Positions 43,428 to 57,069 of a DNA stretch of 64,000 nucleotides are shown piece by piece. A program made the translations under genes and the position numbers. Where the stretch lies: NCBI RefSeq assembly GCF_002113885.1, contig NW_018406874.1, positions 207,293 through 271,292 of the forward strand. The letters are read 5' to 3'. The notes under the pieces were generated by a model. That model worked only from the letters and a program-made list of their open reading frames with translations, was not told where the DNA came from and ran no database searches. How positions within the stretch are numbered: position 1 is the stretch's first letter; each line of letters opens with the position of its first letter. The stretch comes from Mizuhopecten yessoensis. Lineage: Eukaryota.

Positions 43428-43485
43428 CTATGTGACGTTTCGATGACTAGTACGATATGTACACTGTCACCTTCATCAGACAAAA
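43428..43485 (-). ncRNA. Minimal type I hammerhead ribozyme (Penelope-type)
   Basis: Minus strand: UGU-CUGAUGA-A-GGUGAC(aguGUACauaucGUACua)GUCAUC-GAAAC-GUC-ACA. Core intact, 6 bp stem II with an inner 4 bp helix, palindromic ACGU stem III, GUC cleavage triplet, short stem I UGU/ACA. Confidence 0.75.
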
Positions 43486-45379
43486 TGAACTTTTCATAAT
43501 CAGTATTTAGTACTTGTTTCCGAATCGTTGCTGGTTATGTATTAAAAGCATAATGTATTGTATATTAACTAACAAATGTATAACAGCTTTACGTATGTAT
43601 AACTATTTACCAGCTTTATAACAACAGTGCAAAAATAATAATAAATGTCAAAATGTGTATGTTACATAGTAATAATCATAAAAGTAAGTTTTTTGTCAAT
43701 CTAACCACAGAAAAAAGTAATCCTTTGACATATTGACTCACACATGCTCGTTTCAAAAACATCAAGCAGGTCAAAGAAATGGCTAAGAAATTCATGCGAC
43801 GAAAACAGCATGCGTCTTCATTTTCGCTTTCAGTGGATGTGTGATAGAATATGTTGAATGCATCTTTAAGGGAGAATGTATGTAAATATACCTATATATC
43901 AATATCGCCAAAAAATGCAACATTAGAATACCGAAATGTATGCAAAATATTAAATCGAACTTAAAATCGATCAAATTATTGCAAAATATGAGCAAGTAAA
44001 GATTTACATGTATATGATTAAAAAACGTGCAAGAGGAATAAGACCAGATGTTCCAAAAGTGTAAGGGATTTCCTAACTTCTATCAAAATAGAATCATTCA
44101 AGTAGATATTGTATCGATTGGCTATTATAGCAATACAGCCAGCTTCAGGCAAAAATAAGAAATGAAGCCTTTTCAGAATATCACTCTCCATGAGAAAGGG
44201 GGACACTATATCACTCGTTTCACGTGCACACATACACGGATACTCCAAAAACACATCTGTATAACGCCACCCGTAAAGATGGTATAACAATTTAAAACGA
44301 CACACAGAGAGATCGAATCCTTCACCCCAAGCCTACAGGCTAGGCGAGGTCCTGAGACATCGATCAGAACGTGTTACTATACTATTTATGTCGTTGAATG
44401 TAAAGTGTTTCATTCATTTCGTAAGACAGCATCAGTATCAAAGTTGTCTGCTTACGTACTGATTGATATACGTATAGTTTTCTTTCTTAACATGCCAATT
44501 TGACAAGTATGGAAGAGGTGATATTACAAAACTTACGTTATAAGTATTTCAGTTTTAACGCTAATAGCAGAAGGACTGGTGTTATTCTAATATACTGATA
44601 GTATAGCTACTGATGTAAAACAGACTTACTAATATTAAAAGTATAAAAGTTGTATGCATTTCTTAAAACGGACATGTTGTAAAACATCTTTAAAGCGGTT
44701 TGCTATATTATATCTAAATAGTTAAATTAAGATTATTCTTTCTAAAATATCTATAAATTGCATTCAATCTCAATGTTGATAAGTTTCTTTTGAATAACTA
44801 TATATTTTAGCATTACTGATTCTATCACGTTTTCGATTTAACATCATTTTTCATTGGTTAATAACCCTACAATATTGTACGATAGACCATACAAGCGAGT
44901 GACAGGACTGATTTCATTTGTCGAATTGGAGTACCCGCATTTAAATACAAAAAAGTCTACAATTAACCTCTCGTTCTACTTATACCTGTCAGAATGTCCG
45001 CAACGAAGGCAACGTGAAATAGCATTTGTAAATCTGACAAAAGCCTTGTTGTGCCCTGTATGTGTTGGGTGAAGAATTAAAAACCATCATATGTTTTGTA
45101 TATTTAATCATTCCTTTTTTTTCTTAATACAGTGTATAAATATTGTTTTTCCGGGCCTAAACGAAAAGTTAAGTTTAAAACAATAGAATAATTTTAAAAA
45201 TGCAGTGTTTAGTGGTTGTTTCCGTTTCTTTATTTAATTCTTTATTTGATAATATCAACTTGTTTATGTGTATGTGTATATTGTAATGTCTATGCTCATA
45301 CCACTGTCTGTTACTCTGTTGGAGAGGCTATGCCTGGTATCCAATCCGTTTGTCTTTCGAAAATAAAAGTGTTTGTTTA

Positions 45380-45950
45380 ACAAAATATGTTGTATAACAT
45401 CTAACTTAGAACATTTGAATAATTTATTTTTCTATCATGTATTATATAAAAAGAGCGGCGTGTTATATTATTTCTTAATGGAGACATATCGTGTTTTAAA
45501 TAGAAATGAATACATTTTGTGTGTTGTATTCACTTAAATAACGACATGTTGTAATACTTTTAAACTGATTTATTGTATTACACCTTAATAGTTATATGTT
45601 CTATCAAATCGTGATAGCTTCAATTTGTATTATTATTACAAAACGATATCCTGTCTTTTACGTATTAACCACATGTAATATTTTTTATCAGAAACATTTT
45701 GCATTATTTTAGTAGCCGATTTTATATATTGTTTCTTAATATCGATCTGTTACATTATTTTCATATATCTACATATTCACTCTAAATGTGTTGAAGTATT
45801 TCTAAATAGCCACATGTATTATTTTCAGTTTACAATATGCTGCATTATCAAAACGTTACATGTTGCAATATTGTTTAAAGCAGAAAGTTAATAATGACAT
45901 CTTTTACATCTAAATAGCGACTTTATTTAGTTTTCTGATCTCGAACATGT
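45380..45950. repeat. Highly decayed ~25-30 bp tandem repeat
   Basis: Recurrent AATAGCGACATGTTGTATTATTT-like words (aaataacgacatgttgtaatac, aaatagccacatgtattatttt, aaatagcgactttatttag); similar words at ~44650-44730. Confidence 0.45.
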
Positions 45951-47094
45951 AAAGCAACATTTGCATGCAATCGATAGAATCAAGACTTTAAGATTCATTT
46001 AGTTTTGCAGTATTTTTTATTTTAAAGATTACTAGAAAAATTCTAAATAATTTTACATCTTAAAACATTAAATGACTATGTAATCTATAATTGATGTGGA
46101 TTTTCATGGCGTCTACAAATGTGAGTCATCGACTGAAAATGTCATCTTGTTTAACATGAAAAAAAAAGACATTTAAAATGATGCAAGTTATCATAGTTTA
46201 ATTTTCAGATATTTTTCTGTCATTTCATAAACTTATTGACTGGTCCCTGAATACACATGTATACATTCAGCAATCCACAATTAATTAACATCAAGGGTTA
46301 GTTGTATACTAATGGTAAGATACAAACCAACACAACATTGTTGGTTACTATGTCATTACAACATTCCTACAACATGGAGCTGTGGTGATGACAGCCAAGA
46401 TGTTGTATCTACTATCTATATTTATATATATAGCCCGACACACAAGGCGGTCAGGCTATATATTTTAATGCACTTTATTTTTCCCTCTATAAAAGATTAT
46501 TAACAACTTTATGGCATGACACAGACACTTAAAGTAAAAGGAAAGGCAACAAAACATATCCCTCTTAGAAACTAGAATTTCTCTTGATCCTCCATCATTG
46601 AATACATTTACAAGCCACTTGCTGTTAATACATCGTCAACATTCGGGATTATTTGTGTAATCAAGACATTGTAATTCACATCGATACAACTAAGGCGCCC
46701 AATGGTAAAGTTAATATTTGTTTGCATCCGTATTCCATTGTAATCTCACAGGATCTAATTCAAATAAGAATGCGACACCTCTCTGATCCATTAAAGCCTT
46801 AAGGCGAGTCTGAATTTTTCTCGTGTAAACACCATTACAGTATTGAGACAAAATGTCAGGTTCAGAAGAGGCGTCATTATCCCTGACCAGGTCTTTAGTA
46901 ATCCCAGTAATGATGCACTTCATCTCAAACAAAGGACTCATTCACAATTAAGTTCATGACTAGTTTTGAGTGTGGCCTTATTGGTTGCAGAGCAATATGA
47001 CATAATATTGATAATTTGGTACTATAGTGCCAAAATAAAGTTGCATTATGAACAAAAAACGGTGTTTGCTGTTGAACAGATCGTGCATTTATGC

Positions 47095-47600
47095 AATTAA
47101 CCATAGCATCTAAGCTATGCCACAGCATCAACACACAAGGACAAAATGTAGCTAAACAGCAACACACAAGGACATGAAATACCATAGCATCAACATATAA
47201 AACAAATACGTATTTAAACACCAACACGTAAAACGTAGGGCTTATAATACCATATTGTCAACATATAAAACAAATAGGTATTTTAACATCAAAGTTTGAA
47301 GGTAAAAATATCACTGTATCAACATACGAGAACAAAATATGGGAAAGCGCCAGTATGCAATTTCAAATATTGCATAGCCAACAAAAAATCTTACCGCAGC
47401 GTCAACTGACCAAGACAAGTTCACTTCAGCGGCAATGCACAAAGACAAGTTCAACAAAGTGGCCACACACAAGAACAAAATACTGCACAGCGCAAACACA
47501 TAAGGACAAAATACACCACAGTGTCAACATCCAAAAGACATTATAGACCAAAGCATCAGCATACAAGAACAGCATCCCAAAGGGGTACCTCAGCAACAAT
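47095..47600. repeat. Degenerate ~30 bp tandem repeat (ATACCACAGCATCAACACACAAGGACAAA-like)
   Basis: ccatagcatc, ccacagcatcaacacacaaggacaaaat, accatagcatcaacat, accgcagcgtcaac and accacagtgtcaacat recur. Confidence 0.7.
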
Positions 47601-49059
47601 GTAATATACCACACCCTCGGTATACAAGAACTAAATACCCGAACCCCCAAGCAGAAGAAAACACCGTGAACTGAGCTGGCACCAGCATTAAAAGGAAAAC
47701 ATCACGAACCCCAATAGTACGCTTGAGGCTAAGCTGTGTGATCTGACACAGTTCACGTTTCCTCCACTAATGTGGCAACCGCCATTACAACGTTTCCGTC
47801 ATGTATGTACCTACTTACTAAACTTCGCTACTACAGTGATACAGCACAGCAACTTCTGAGCTTGGGGAACATGAGGAAGGTTCCTTGCTTTTCTTATACC
47901 AGATGTCAAGCATTTCTTGGTATGAATATGTTACAAATCGTTTAATCCTTACAGATGTAGGATGTACAGTCTGAAAAGACAACAACAAAAATGAAACGCT
48001 ACTTGAAAAAAACCTTATTCAAGAACTTATTCATCTCTATATCTGAATGTATTGTCAGGAATGGTGTATATGTTTTAGTGCGGTTTGGTAATTCGCCGGG
48101 CTTCCTGTTCAGTCAACTTCAGATAGTTCAGGTAATTTACCTCAAGTTATCTTTACATATACCAGGAGTAGTTTACAGTATCAAACTTTGACACTCAATG
48201 TGCAATATGATATGATAAAAAAAAATCCCTCGAAATGCGAAAAAAGGGAAGCATTTATCTGAAATTACTAAAATGTACTAATCCAAACAAAGTTAATATG
48301 TTACTGTACCATTAGGCCTTTTACGTCTATTTAGGACTCACCAGTGCTTCTTAAGTTCAAATGAATGAACAGTCCAGGTGTATGGTGGTTTAGAAAATAT
48401 ATAAAATATGACGATAACGGAATTATTGTGATGGAAGCATTGTCTATGTAACCTTGATAACGTTACAAATTCAGAAATGTTTGGCTACGACAGGTCATTT
48501 CCACTTACCAATCCTGCCAGAACGACATTTCCTTTTGCAAAGCTGTGTCTAACCTCGAAAACCAGTTAGTCTACCAGCAGTCAACCACCGTTTTACGCCT
48601 AATAATCAGTAGAAATACCAAAAATGAAGCTCCTATTTTAAAAATTTGATTGTAGGCGCTGAAAGCCGTCATATGATTTCGATTCATCAGTGGTATTAAA
48701 GGTCAAAAGAAAACATTCAATGTCTTAAGCGTTACGAAACATACCTGAAATGCAGCAAAAATCGGAAAGGTGTATATCAGTCATTTATAACATCACGAAT
48801 CTACAACTACTAGCTACATGTACAACAGATGATTTATGCTTAAACCAGGTTTTTATTTAAATTTTCTTAATTGGTAATACATATTAAAGTCACAATTTTT
48901 TTATTAAATGGCACGTGTAAATATAAAAGAAGTTACGAGAAACATAAAATGCGAACAATCTCAGCTTGTGATACGATAAAAAAATATATATGCCATCATT
49001 TCACTAGTAATAAAAACAGGTTTTAGCGCAGATATTTACACGTAGACCCAATCAATGCT

Positions 49060-49700
49060 TCCATCACAATAGCCACCGTACCCTCTCCCTATCCGGCGAG
49101 TGAAAGTAACTGTTAATAGGAGCAATGGAATTAAGATCAATTGTAATAATATTGGGATTATAGTTACAGTTAATGGAAGTTGGATGTAGCCTCAGGGTAT
49201 GGTTTCCGTCCCCTATAAAAGCAATCAAAATTTGTCTCAAAAGACATACGATCAATTTGTTATGTATAAATACATGGCGGGCTCGGCAAGCCATCGTTTC
49301 TCAATTTCTGTCAATATTTGGCTTGTTCGGAAATATTTTATTATGCATTTTTACCCCGCTGGATCCATCGATTTGCTATAAGAACGGATACATTTATTGC
49401 AATTTTATTCAGATTATCCAATCCGGTGTATTCGTAGTCCATCAGAAAATAGATTGTAATTAATGGATTGGAAGTGAACTTTAAACCAATACGTTGATAT
49501 GGAAGGACAGAACACGTCGGATTAACCGGAGGAATTATCGGCCGCCATTGTCCAGGAGCGTATCACACTGGTGTTGTTGTATGTTATTGCATAGAGCCCG
49601 GAACACGGCCTATGTGAGTTCCGCGTGTTGTTTACCTAGCGTTGTATGGCGGTCTGAAAACATCAATGTCAGGTCATGCTGGAGATGATGCTACATAGCT
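49060..49700. promoter_or_regulatory. Candidate upstream enhancer of FoxB
   Basis: CpG-enriched non-repeat island with clustered TAAT/GGATTA/TAATTA sites and two CCCCGC/GGCGGG boxes, ~10 kb 5' of FoxB. Confidence 0.35.
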
Positions 49701-50533
49701 ATGGTTTGCTTTGTGTCGGCAAGGTTCTCTTCACTTCTAGTTAAAGAAAAAATCACAGGAAGGAAACATCTAGGGTCATTATTGACAAAATCTAAATTAA
49801 TTTAGATTTTTTTTCAAAAGATATTACGACTGGAATTTAATGACATCGTTTCAATTATCGCTTATCATTACTGGGATATAAATAGGAAATTTTCACAGAT
49901 GCAAATGTCAAATGTACAAACATCTATTGCAGTGTGAAAGGTTTTATTGATATTGCCTAAAAAGCGAAGTCATCCAGCCTATGTAGTGCTTTATATGTTT
50001 ACAGTAGACTGCATCTGATGAGATTAAACTTTAAATCGTCTAATGCTTGTTCATACGACTAAATATCTGTTCGGGCAGAAGTGGATATAAAAATGCATAT
50101 AAACCAGTTGGTAGTCCAATATGTTAGAATAGGTTATCACACAAGGTGTTATACGTAACGTGTAAATCATTGATTTGTACACTTCCATAATGACTGGGCC
50201 TACAGTCATACATACTTTCGTTTGTATTAGACGTAGGTTATAAAATACAATAAAATTAGCTAAAGGAGTGAAACATTTTAAAGACAACTCAATTCAAATT
50301 TATTCAATAACAATCAAATGTTTAAATGCCCATTATGTTTCGATTAAGGCCGTGTCCGTATAGTGATCAATTTTGTCGTTGTGTGTGTACAACACAAGTA
50401 TAGTTTTCAAATGGACAGACTACGTAGATAGACTCGGACAAGAACTAGAGGTAAATAAGAAGGTTGTCTCCAAAGTTTATTTTCACAAGGATCTGACGTA
50501 TGATTTGCACGTGTGTCGGTTACAGCATTATGT

Positions 50534-53500
50534 CAAACAGAATTGTAGTTATAGGACGTGTCAATAACACAAGGATCGAGCCAAACAATATTGTAGTTAT
50601 AGGACGTGTAAATAACACAAGGATCGAGCCAAACAGTAAAGTAGTTATAAGACGTGTTAATAACCCAAGGATCGAGCCAAACAGTATTGTAGTTATAAGA
50701 CGTGTTAATAACACAAGGACCGAGCCAAACAGTATTGTAGTTATAAGACGTGTTAATAACACAAGGACCGAGCCAAACAGTATTGTAGTTATAGGACGTG
50801 TCAATAACACACGGATCGAGCCAAACAGTAGTGTAGTTAAAGGACGCGTCAAAAACACAATGATCGAGCCAAACAGTATTGTAGTTGTAGGACGTGTAAA
50901 TAACACAAGTACCGAGCCAAACAGGATTGTAGTTATAGGACGTGTCAATAACACAAGTATCGAGCCAAACAATATTGTAGTTATAGGACGTGTAAATAAC
51001 ACAAGTACCGAGCTAAACAGTATTGTAGTTATAGGACGTGTCAATAACATAAGGATCGAGCCAAACAGTATTGTAGTTATAAGACGTGTTAATAACACAA
51101 GGATCGAGCCAAACAGTATTGTAGTTATAGGACGTGTAAATAACACAAGGATCGAGCCAAACAGTAAAGTAGTTATAAGACGTGTTAATAACACAAGGAT
51201 CGAGCCAAACAGTATTGTAGTTATAAGACGTGTCAATAACACAAGGATCGAGCCAAACAGTATTGTAGTTATAGGACGTGTCAATAACACAAGGATCGAG
51301 CCAAACAGTATTGTAGTTATAGGACGTGTCAATAACACAAGGATCGAGCCAAACAGTATTGTAGTTATAGGACGTGTCAATAACACAAGGATCGAGCCAA
51401 ACAGTATTGTAGTTATAGGACGTGTCAATAACACAAGGATCGAGCCAAACAGTATTGTAGTTATAGGACGTGTCAATAACACAAGGATCGAGCCAAACAG
51501 TATTGTAGTTATAGGACGTGTCAATAACACAAGGATCGAGCCAAACAGTATTGTAGTTATAGGACGTGTCAATAACACAAGGATCGAGCCAAACAGTATT
51601 GTAGTTATAGGACGTGTCAATAACACAAGGATCGAGCCAAACAGTATTGTAGTTATAGGACGTGTCAATAACACAAGGATCGAGCCAAACAGTATTGTAG
51701 TTATAGGACGTGTCAATAACACAAGGATCGAGCCAAACAGTATTGTAGTTATAGGACGTGTCAATAACACAAGGATCGAGCCAAACAGTATTGTAGTTAT
51801 AGGACGTGTCAATAACACAAGGATCGAGCCAAACAGTATTGTAGTTATAGGACGTGTCAATAACACAAGGATCGAGCCAAACAGTATTGTAGTTATAGGA
51901 CGTGTCAATAACACAAGGATCGAGCCAAACAGTATTGTAGTTATAGGACGTGTCAATAACACAAGGATCGAGCCAAACAGTATTGTAGTTATAGGACGTG
52001 TCAATAACACAAGGATCGAGCCAAACAGTATTGTAGTTATAGGACGTGTCAATAACACAAGGATCGAGCCAAACAGTATTGTAGTTATAGGACGTGTCAA
52101 TAACACAAGGATCGAGCCAAACAGTATTGTAGTTATAGGACGTGTCAATAACACAAGGATCGAGCCAAACAGTATTGTAGTTATAGGACGTGTCAATAAC
52201 ACAAGGATCGAGCCAAACAGTATTGTAGTTATAGGACGTGTCAATAACACAAGGATCGAGCCAAACAGTATTGTAGTTATAGGACGTGTCAATAACACAA
52301 GGATCGAGCCAAACAGTATTGTAGTTATAGGACGTGTCAATAACACAAGGATCGAGCCAAACAGTATTGTAGTTATAGGACGTGTCAATAACACAAGGAT
52401 CGAGCCAAACAGTATTGTAGTTATAGGACGTGTCAATAACACAAGGATCGAGCCAAACAGTATTGTAGTTATAGGACGTGTCAATAACACAAGGATCGAG
52501 CCAAACAGTATTGTAGTTATAGGACGTGTCAATAACACAAGGATCGAGCCAAACAGTATTGTAGTTATAGGACGTGTCAATAACACAAGGATCGAGCCAA
52601 ACAGTATTGTAGTTATAGGACGTGTCAATAACACAAGGATCGAGCCAAACAGTATTGTAGTTATAGGACGTGTCAATAACACAAGGATCGAGCCAAACAG
52701 TATTGTAGTTATAGGACGTGTCAATAACACAAGGATCGAGCCAAACAGTATTGTAGTTATAGGACGTGTCAATAACACAAGGATCGAGCCAAACAGTATT
52801 GTAGTTATAGGACGTGTCAATAACACAAGGATCGAGCCAAACAGTATTGTAGTTATAGGACGTGTCAATAACACAAGGATCGAGCCAAACAGTATTGTAG
52901 TTATAGGACGTGTCAATAACACAAGGATCGAGCCAAACAGTATTGTAGTTATAGGACGTGTCAATAACACAAGGATCGAGCCAAACAGTATTGTAGTTAT
53001 AGGACGTGTCAATAACACAAGGATCGAGCCAAACAGTATTGTAGTTATAGGACGTGTCAATAACACAAGGATCGAGCCAAACAGTATTGTAGTTATAGGA
53101 CGTGTCAATAACACAAGGATCGAGCCAAACAGTATTGTAGTTATAGGACGTGTCAATAACACAAGGATCGAGCCAAACAGTATTGTAGTTATAGGACGTG
53201 TCAATAACACAAGGATCGAGCCAAACAGTATTGTAGTTATAGGACGTGTCAATAACACAAGGATCGAGCCAAACAGTATTGTAGTTATAGGACGTGTCAA
53301 TAACACAAGGATCGAGCCAAACAGTATTGTAGTTATAGGACGTGTCAATAACACAAGGATCGAGCCAAACAGTATTGTAGTTATAGGACGTGTCAATAAC
53401 ACAAGGATCGAGCCAAACAGTATTGTAGTTATAGGACGTGTCAATAACACAAGGATCGAGCCAAACAGTATTGTAGTTATAGGACGTGTCAATAACACAA

Positions 53501-54757
53501 GGATCGAGCCAAACAGTATTGTAGTTATAGGACGTGTCAATAACACAAGGATCGAGCCAAACAGTATTGTAGTTATAGGACGTGTCAATAACACAAGGAT
53601 CGAGCCAAACAGTATTGTAGTTATAGGACGTGTCAATAACACAAGGATCGAGCCAAACAGTATTGTAGTTATAGGACGTGTCAATAACACAAGGATCGAG
53701 CCAAACAGTATTGTAGTTATAGGACGTGTCAATAACACAAGGATCGAGCCAAACAGTATTGTAGTTATAGGACGTGTCAATAACACAAGGATCGAGCCAA
53801 ACAGTATTGTAGTTATAGGACGTGTCAATAACACAAGGATCGAGCCAAACAGTATTGTAGTTATAGGACGTGTCAATAACACAAGGATCGAGCCAAACAG
53901 TATTGTAGTTATAGGACGTGTCAATAACACAAGGATCGAGCCAAACAGTATTGTAGTTATAGGACGTGTCAATAACACAAGGATCGAGCCAAACAGTATT
54001 GTAGTTATAGGACGTGTCAATAACACAAGGATCGAGCCAAACAGTATTGTAGTTATAGGACGTGTCAATAACACAAGGATCGAGCCAAACAGTATTGTAG
54101 TTATAGGACGTGTCAATAACACAAGGATCGAGCCAAACAGTATTGTAGTTATAGGACGTGTCAATAACACAAGGATCGAGCCAAACAGTATTGTAGTTAT
54201 AGGACGTGTCAATAACACAAGGATCGAGCCAAACAGTATTGTAGTTATAGGACGTGTCAATAACACAAGGATCGAGCCAAACAGTATTGTAGTTATAGGA
54301 CGTGTCAATAACACAAGGATCGAGCCAAACAGTATTGTAGTTATAGGACGTGTCAATAACACAAGGATCGAGCCAAACAGTATTGTAGTTATAGGACGTG
54401 TCAATAACACAAGGATCGAGCCAAACAGTATTGTAGTTATAGGACGTGTCAATAACACAAGGATCGAGCCAAACAGTATTGTAGTTATAGGACGTGTCAA
54501 TAACACAAGGATCGAGCCAAACAGTATTGTAGTTATAGGACGTGTCAATAACACAAGGATCGAGCCAAACAGTATTGTAGTTATAGGACGTGTCAATAAC
54601 ACAAGGATCGAGCCAAACAGTATTGTAGTTATAGGACGTGTCAATAACACAAGGATCGAGCCAAACAGTATTGTAGTTATAGGACGTGTCAATAACACAA
54701 GGATCGAGCCAAACAGTATTGTAGTTATAGGACGTGTCAATAACACAAGGACCGAGC
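50534..54757. repeat. Satellite array, 48 bp unit, ~88 copies
   Basis: CCAAACAGTATTGTAGTTATAGGACGTGTCAATAACACAAGGATCGAG; about the first 14 units are variant, and ~51227-54750 appears invariant. Confidence 0.98.
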
Positions 54758-55902
54758 ATGATAAGTGCGACAGTGGATGGTTCACCAATTATGTCAATAC
54801 AGATTTTACAAGATATTTAATTCAACAAATGATTCTAAGGGGTCGGACAACAATTGTTTAACAGTAGTCTTCTCCATAATACAACAAAAAATGCTGTGTA
54901 CCGGAAAAGTTCCCTATAGTTTGAGTTTTGCCTTTTTCGCCCTAGGACGAATATATTGTGACAGTGAATTTTAGCACGCAACATGCAATACATATTAATA
55001 ATTTAATAGCAAGCAAAGGGCGAATTAACACTGGAAGTGAAGGGCGGTATAAAGTATATATGTACATATGCTTTTTTATAACAATATGATTTGATTAGGT
55101 AATTATTCTATTTAACTAATAGAAAATTGTGACTTGGGAAGTGGAGAGGTGAACAGAAGAATACAGTTTGGGTCGGAGAAGGTGAAAGTGGATCAGTCAA
55201 ACGTATCTGCTTTGATGTTACATATGATACAGTTAATGATGAGTTGAACTTGTACCAATATAACTATACCGCTAATAAATATCGTATACACGACTTTAGT
55301 GTCAGATATGTATTAGTTATACCTATGAAATACACCCACAATTAAAAGGGATTACTGGATTTTAATAATTGAGTTCTGTTCCTGCGAAACTGAGAATTCC
55401 CAAACAAAAGTAGGTGTAAGTTAAAGACAACATCTACCGAATTCAAATTCGGGAACAGGATACGCCTTTCGTTGGTGACAAGTTGACTCTCGAAGAAAAA
55501 GTGAAAGGAATTCTCACATGGATGTCAACAATAACAGATCGAGTTTTCACATTCCTTAACAGATAGTATAAAAGAGAACTGCACCGATGTCTCACCTTAA
55601 TATGCAAAATAGTCAATTCACGGGCACCAATACTTAAGGAAAAAGGAAAATATTGTACATATGAAGAAGATGTTTTTAAAGAACTTAAGGATGGCAAAGA
55701 TCGTAATGAATTATCTAAAGAGTTCCAACTGCGAGCAATGGAAGGTATAAAAGAGGAACTAGTAATGATAAGAGAAAGTCCAAAATGAAGAATTCTTTAC
55801 TCGTTGTTATTTCTTTTGGTGTACTGATTATTTTCACTAACAATAAGCGGAATAATAGAGCAATTATCTAACCGAAATAAAGACACTGCGATCGACGAAT
55901 CG

Positions 55903-56400
55903 GTGCAGAATACACAAAGCAAGGGCCGTAATGAACATGTTGATCCTAAAGAGACGCGAGATAAACGCACGAAATCAATTGCTACTGTTCATTGGCAGAA
56001 TACGCAACATCAACAACCTAGTGAGGAGGCAGGGAAATGTACATACGAATTCCGTGGTGTTCGTCGTAGACCTAGAAGCAAAAGGCTCATAATGTCGCGT
56101 ATTACTGCAGATGCCACTGCAGATGAAGTTGTGAGCTCTGTAAGGACATACGCAGCGGAAAGAGGAGTTAACGTCACTATGATGCGTATTATTAAGTTCT
56201 GGGACACAGACTTTCCTACTTACACAGCACGCATAAATGTTTGCGAAGATAATTTCGCAACGGCAACCGATCCGTACTTCTGGCCGGACGGCGTTCTTGT
56301 ACGCGAGTGGGAGGATCGTGGCGATAATCGGTACAAAAATCGCGGGGGTGAACGGGAAGATAACTACGGTAGTCGTTCCAACAGTCCATACTCGTGGTGA
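55903..56400 (+). mobile_element. Non-LTR retrotransposon ORF1, C-terminal RRM-like part
   Basis: FRGV...KRLIMSRI...TARINV...DPYFWPDGVLVREW is the typical ORF1 C-terminal signature of CR1/L2-group LINEs; directly precedes an APE ORF. No ATG start, probably 5'-truncated. Confidence 0.8.
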
Positions 56401-56414
56401 ATAACTCTGTGTTG

Positions 56415-57055
56415 ATGCTCTCGTTCTTACTATTTTTTGTCGTGAAGCTTCTTACGTGGAACACTCGAGGGGTAATGTACGGCACCCCTTTACTAGGCGA
56501 GATTCTTCGCGATACGGACATTGCTGTTATAACGGAACATTGGTTACCGCCAGAACAGCTTAATTTTCTGAACAGTATTGACTGTAGTTTTGACTCATTT
56601 GGACGGAGTGATTCACGCATTCCTATAGAGTTGGAACTGAGGACGCATCCGAGAGGGTTTGGTGGAATTGCGATTCTTTGGAAGAAATACCTGAATATAT
56701 CGCCCCTGATGAACGAAGGGAATGATCGTATAATAGGGGTCTCAGTACAACTGGTGGACAAGTCGTTTATGTATGTCTTCGGGGTATTGATGCCGTCGAC
56801 TAATCTATCTATGACTCTGTACCGAGAAACGTTACAAGCACTGTCTGATTTATATCAACGGTATAGCGAACAAGGTACCGTTATTATTCTTGGCGACTTT
56901 AATGGACGTATATCGGAACGGTTTGGTAAAAAGAATCGCTACGAGGCAAACGACAGAGGTAAACTCCTTGAGACTCTTATTATTGAAAACTATCTCATCT
57001 CTGTCAATTCACAACAGTGGTCGAAAGGAGGTGATGTGACTTATGTATCGTGGGA
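56415..57055 (+). mobile_element. Non-LTR retrotransposon ORF2, APE endonuclease domain (cut by gap N at 57056)
   Basis: LLTWNTRG, DIAVITEHWL, GFGGIAILWK, IILGDFN and NDRGKLL motifs in order, with no stops. Confidence 0.92.
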
Positions 57056-57056
57056 N
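57056..57056. other. Assembly gap / ambiguous base
   Basis: Single N at which the sequence switches abruptly from an intact APE ORF to an unrelated opposite-strand relic. Confidence 0.85.
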
Positions 57057-57069
57057 CGCCAGAAGAGTG

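Noticed and set aside
44295-44365. tRNA/SINE-like B box (GGATTCGATC, minus strand)
   Set aside because: No clear A box or cloverleaf; cannot be called a tRNA or a defined SINE.
48670-48695. CTGATGA-ATC-GAAA on the minus strand
   Set aside because: No room for stem II and no NUH triplet; chance match.
50011-50047. GCAT-CTGATGA-GATT..AATC-GTC-TA-ATGC hammerhead-like motif
   Set aside because: GAAA core missing and stem I offset; at most a dead relic.
50500-54861. 1453, 1422 and 1248 aa ORFs
   Set aside because: Translations of a 48 bp satellite. Nucleotide-identical units with no synonymous variation, open on both strands, no unique domains.
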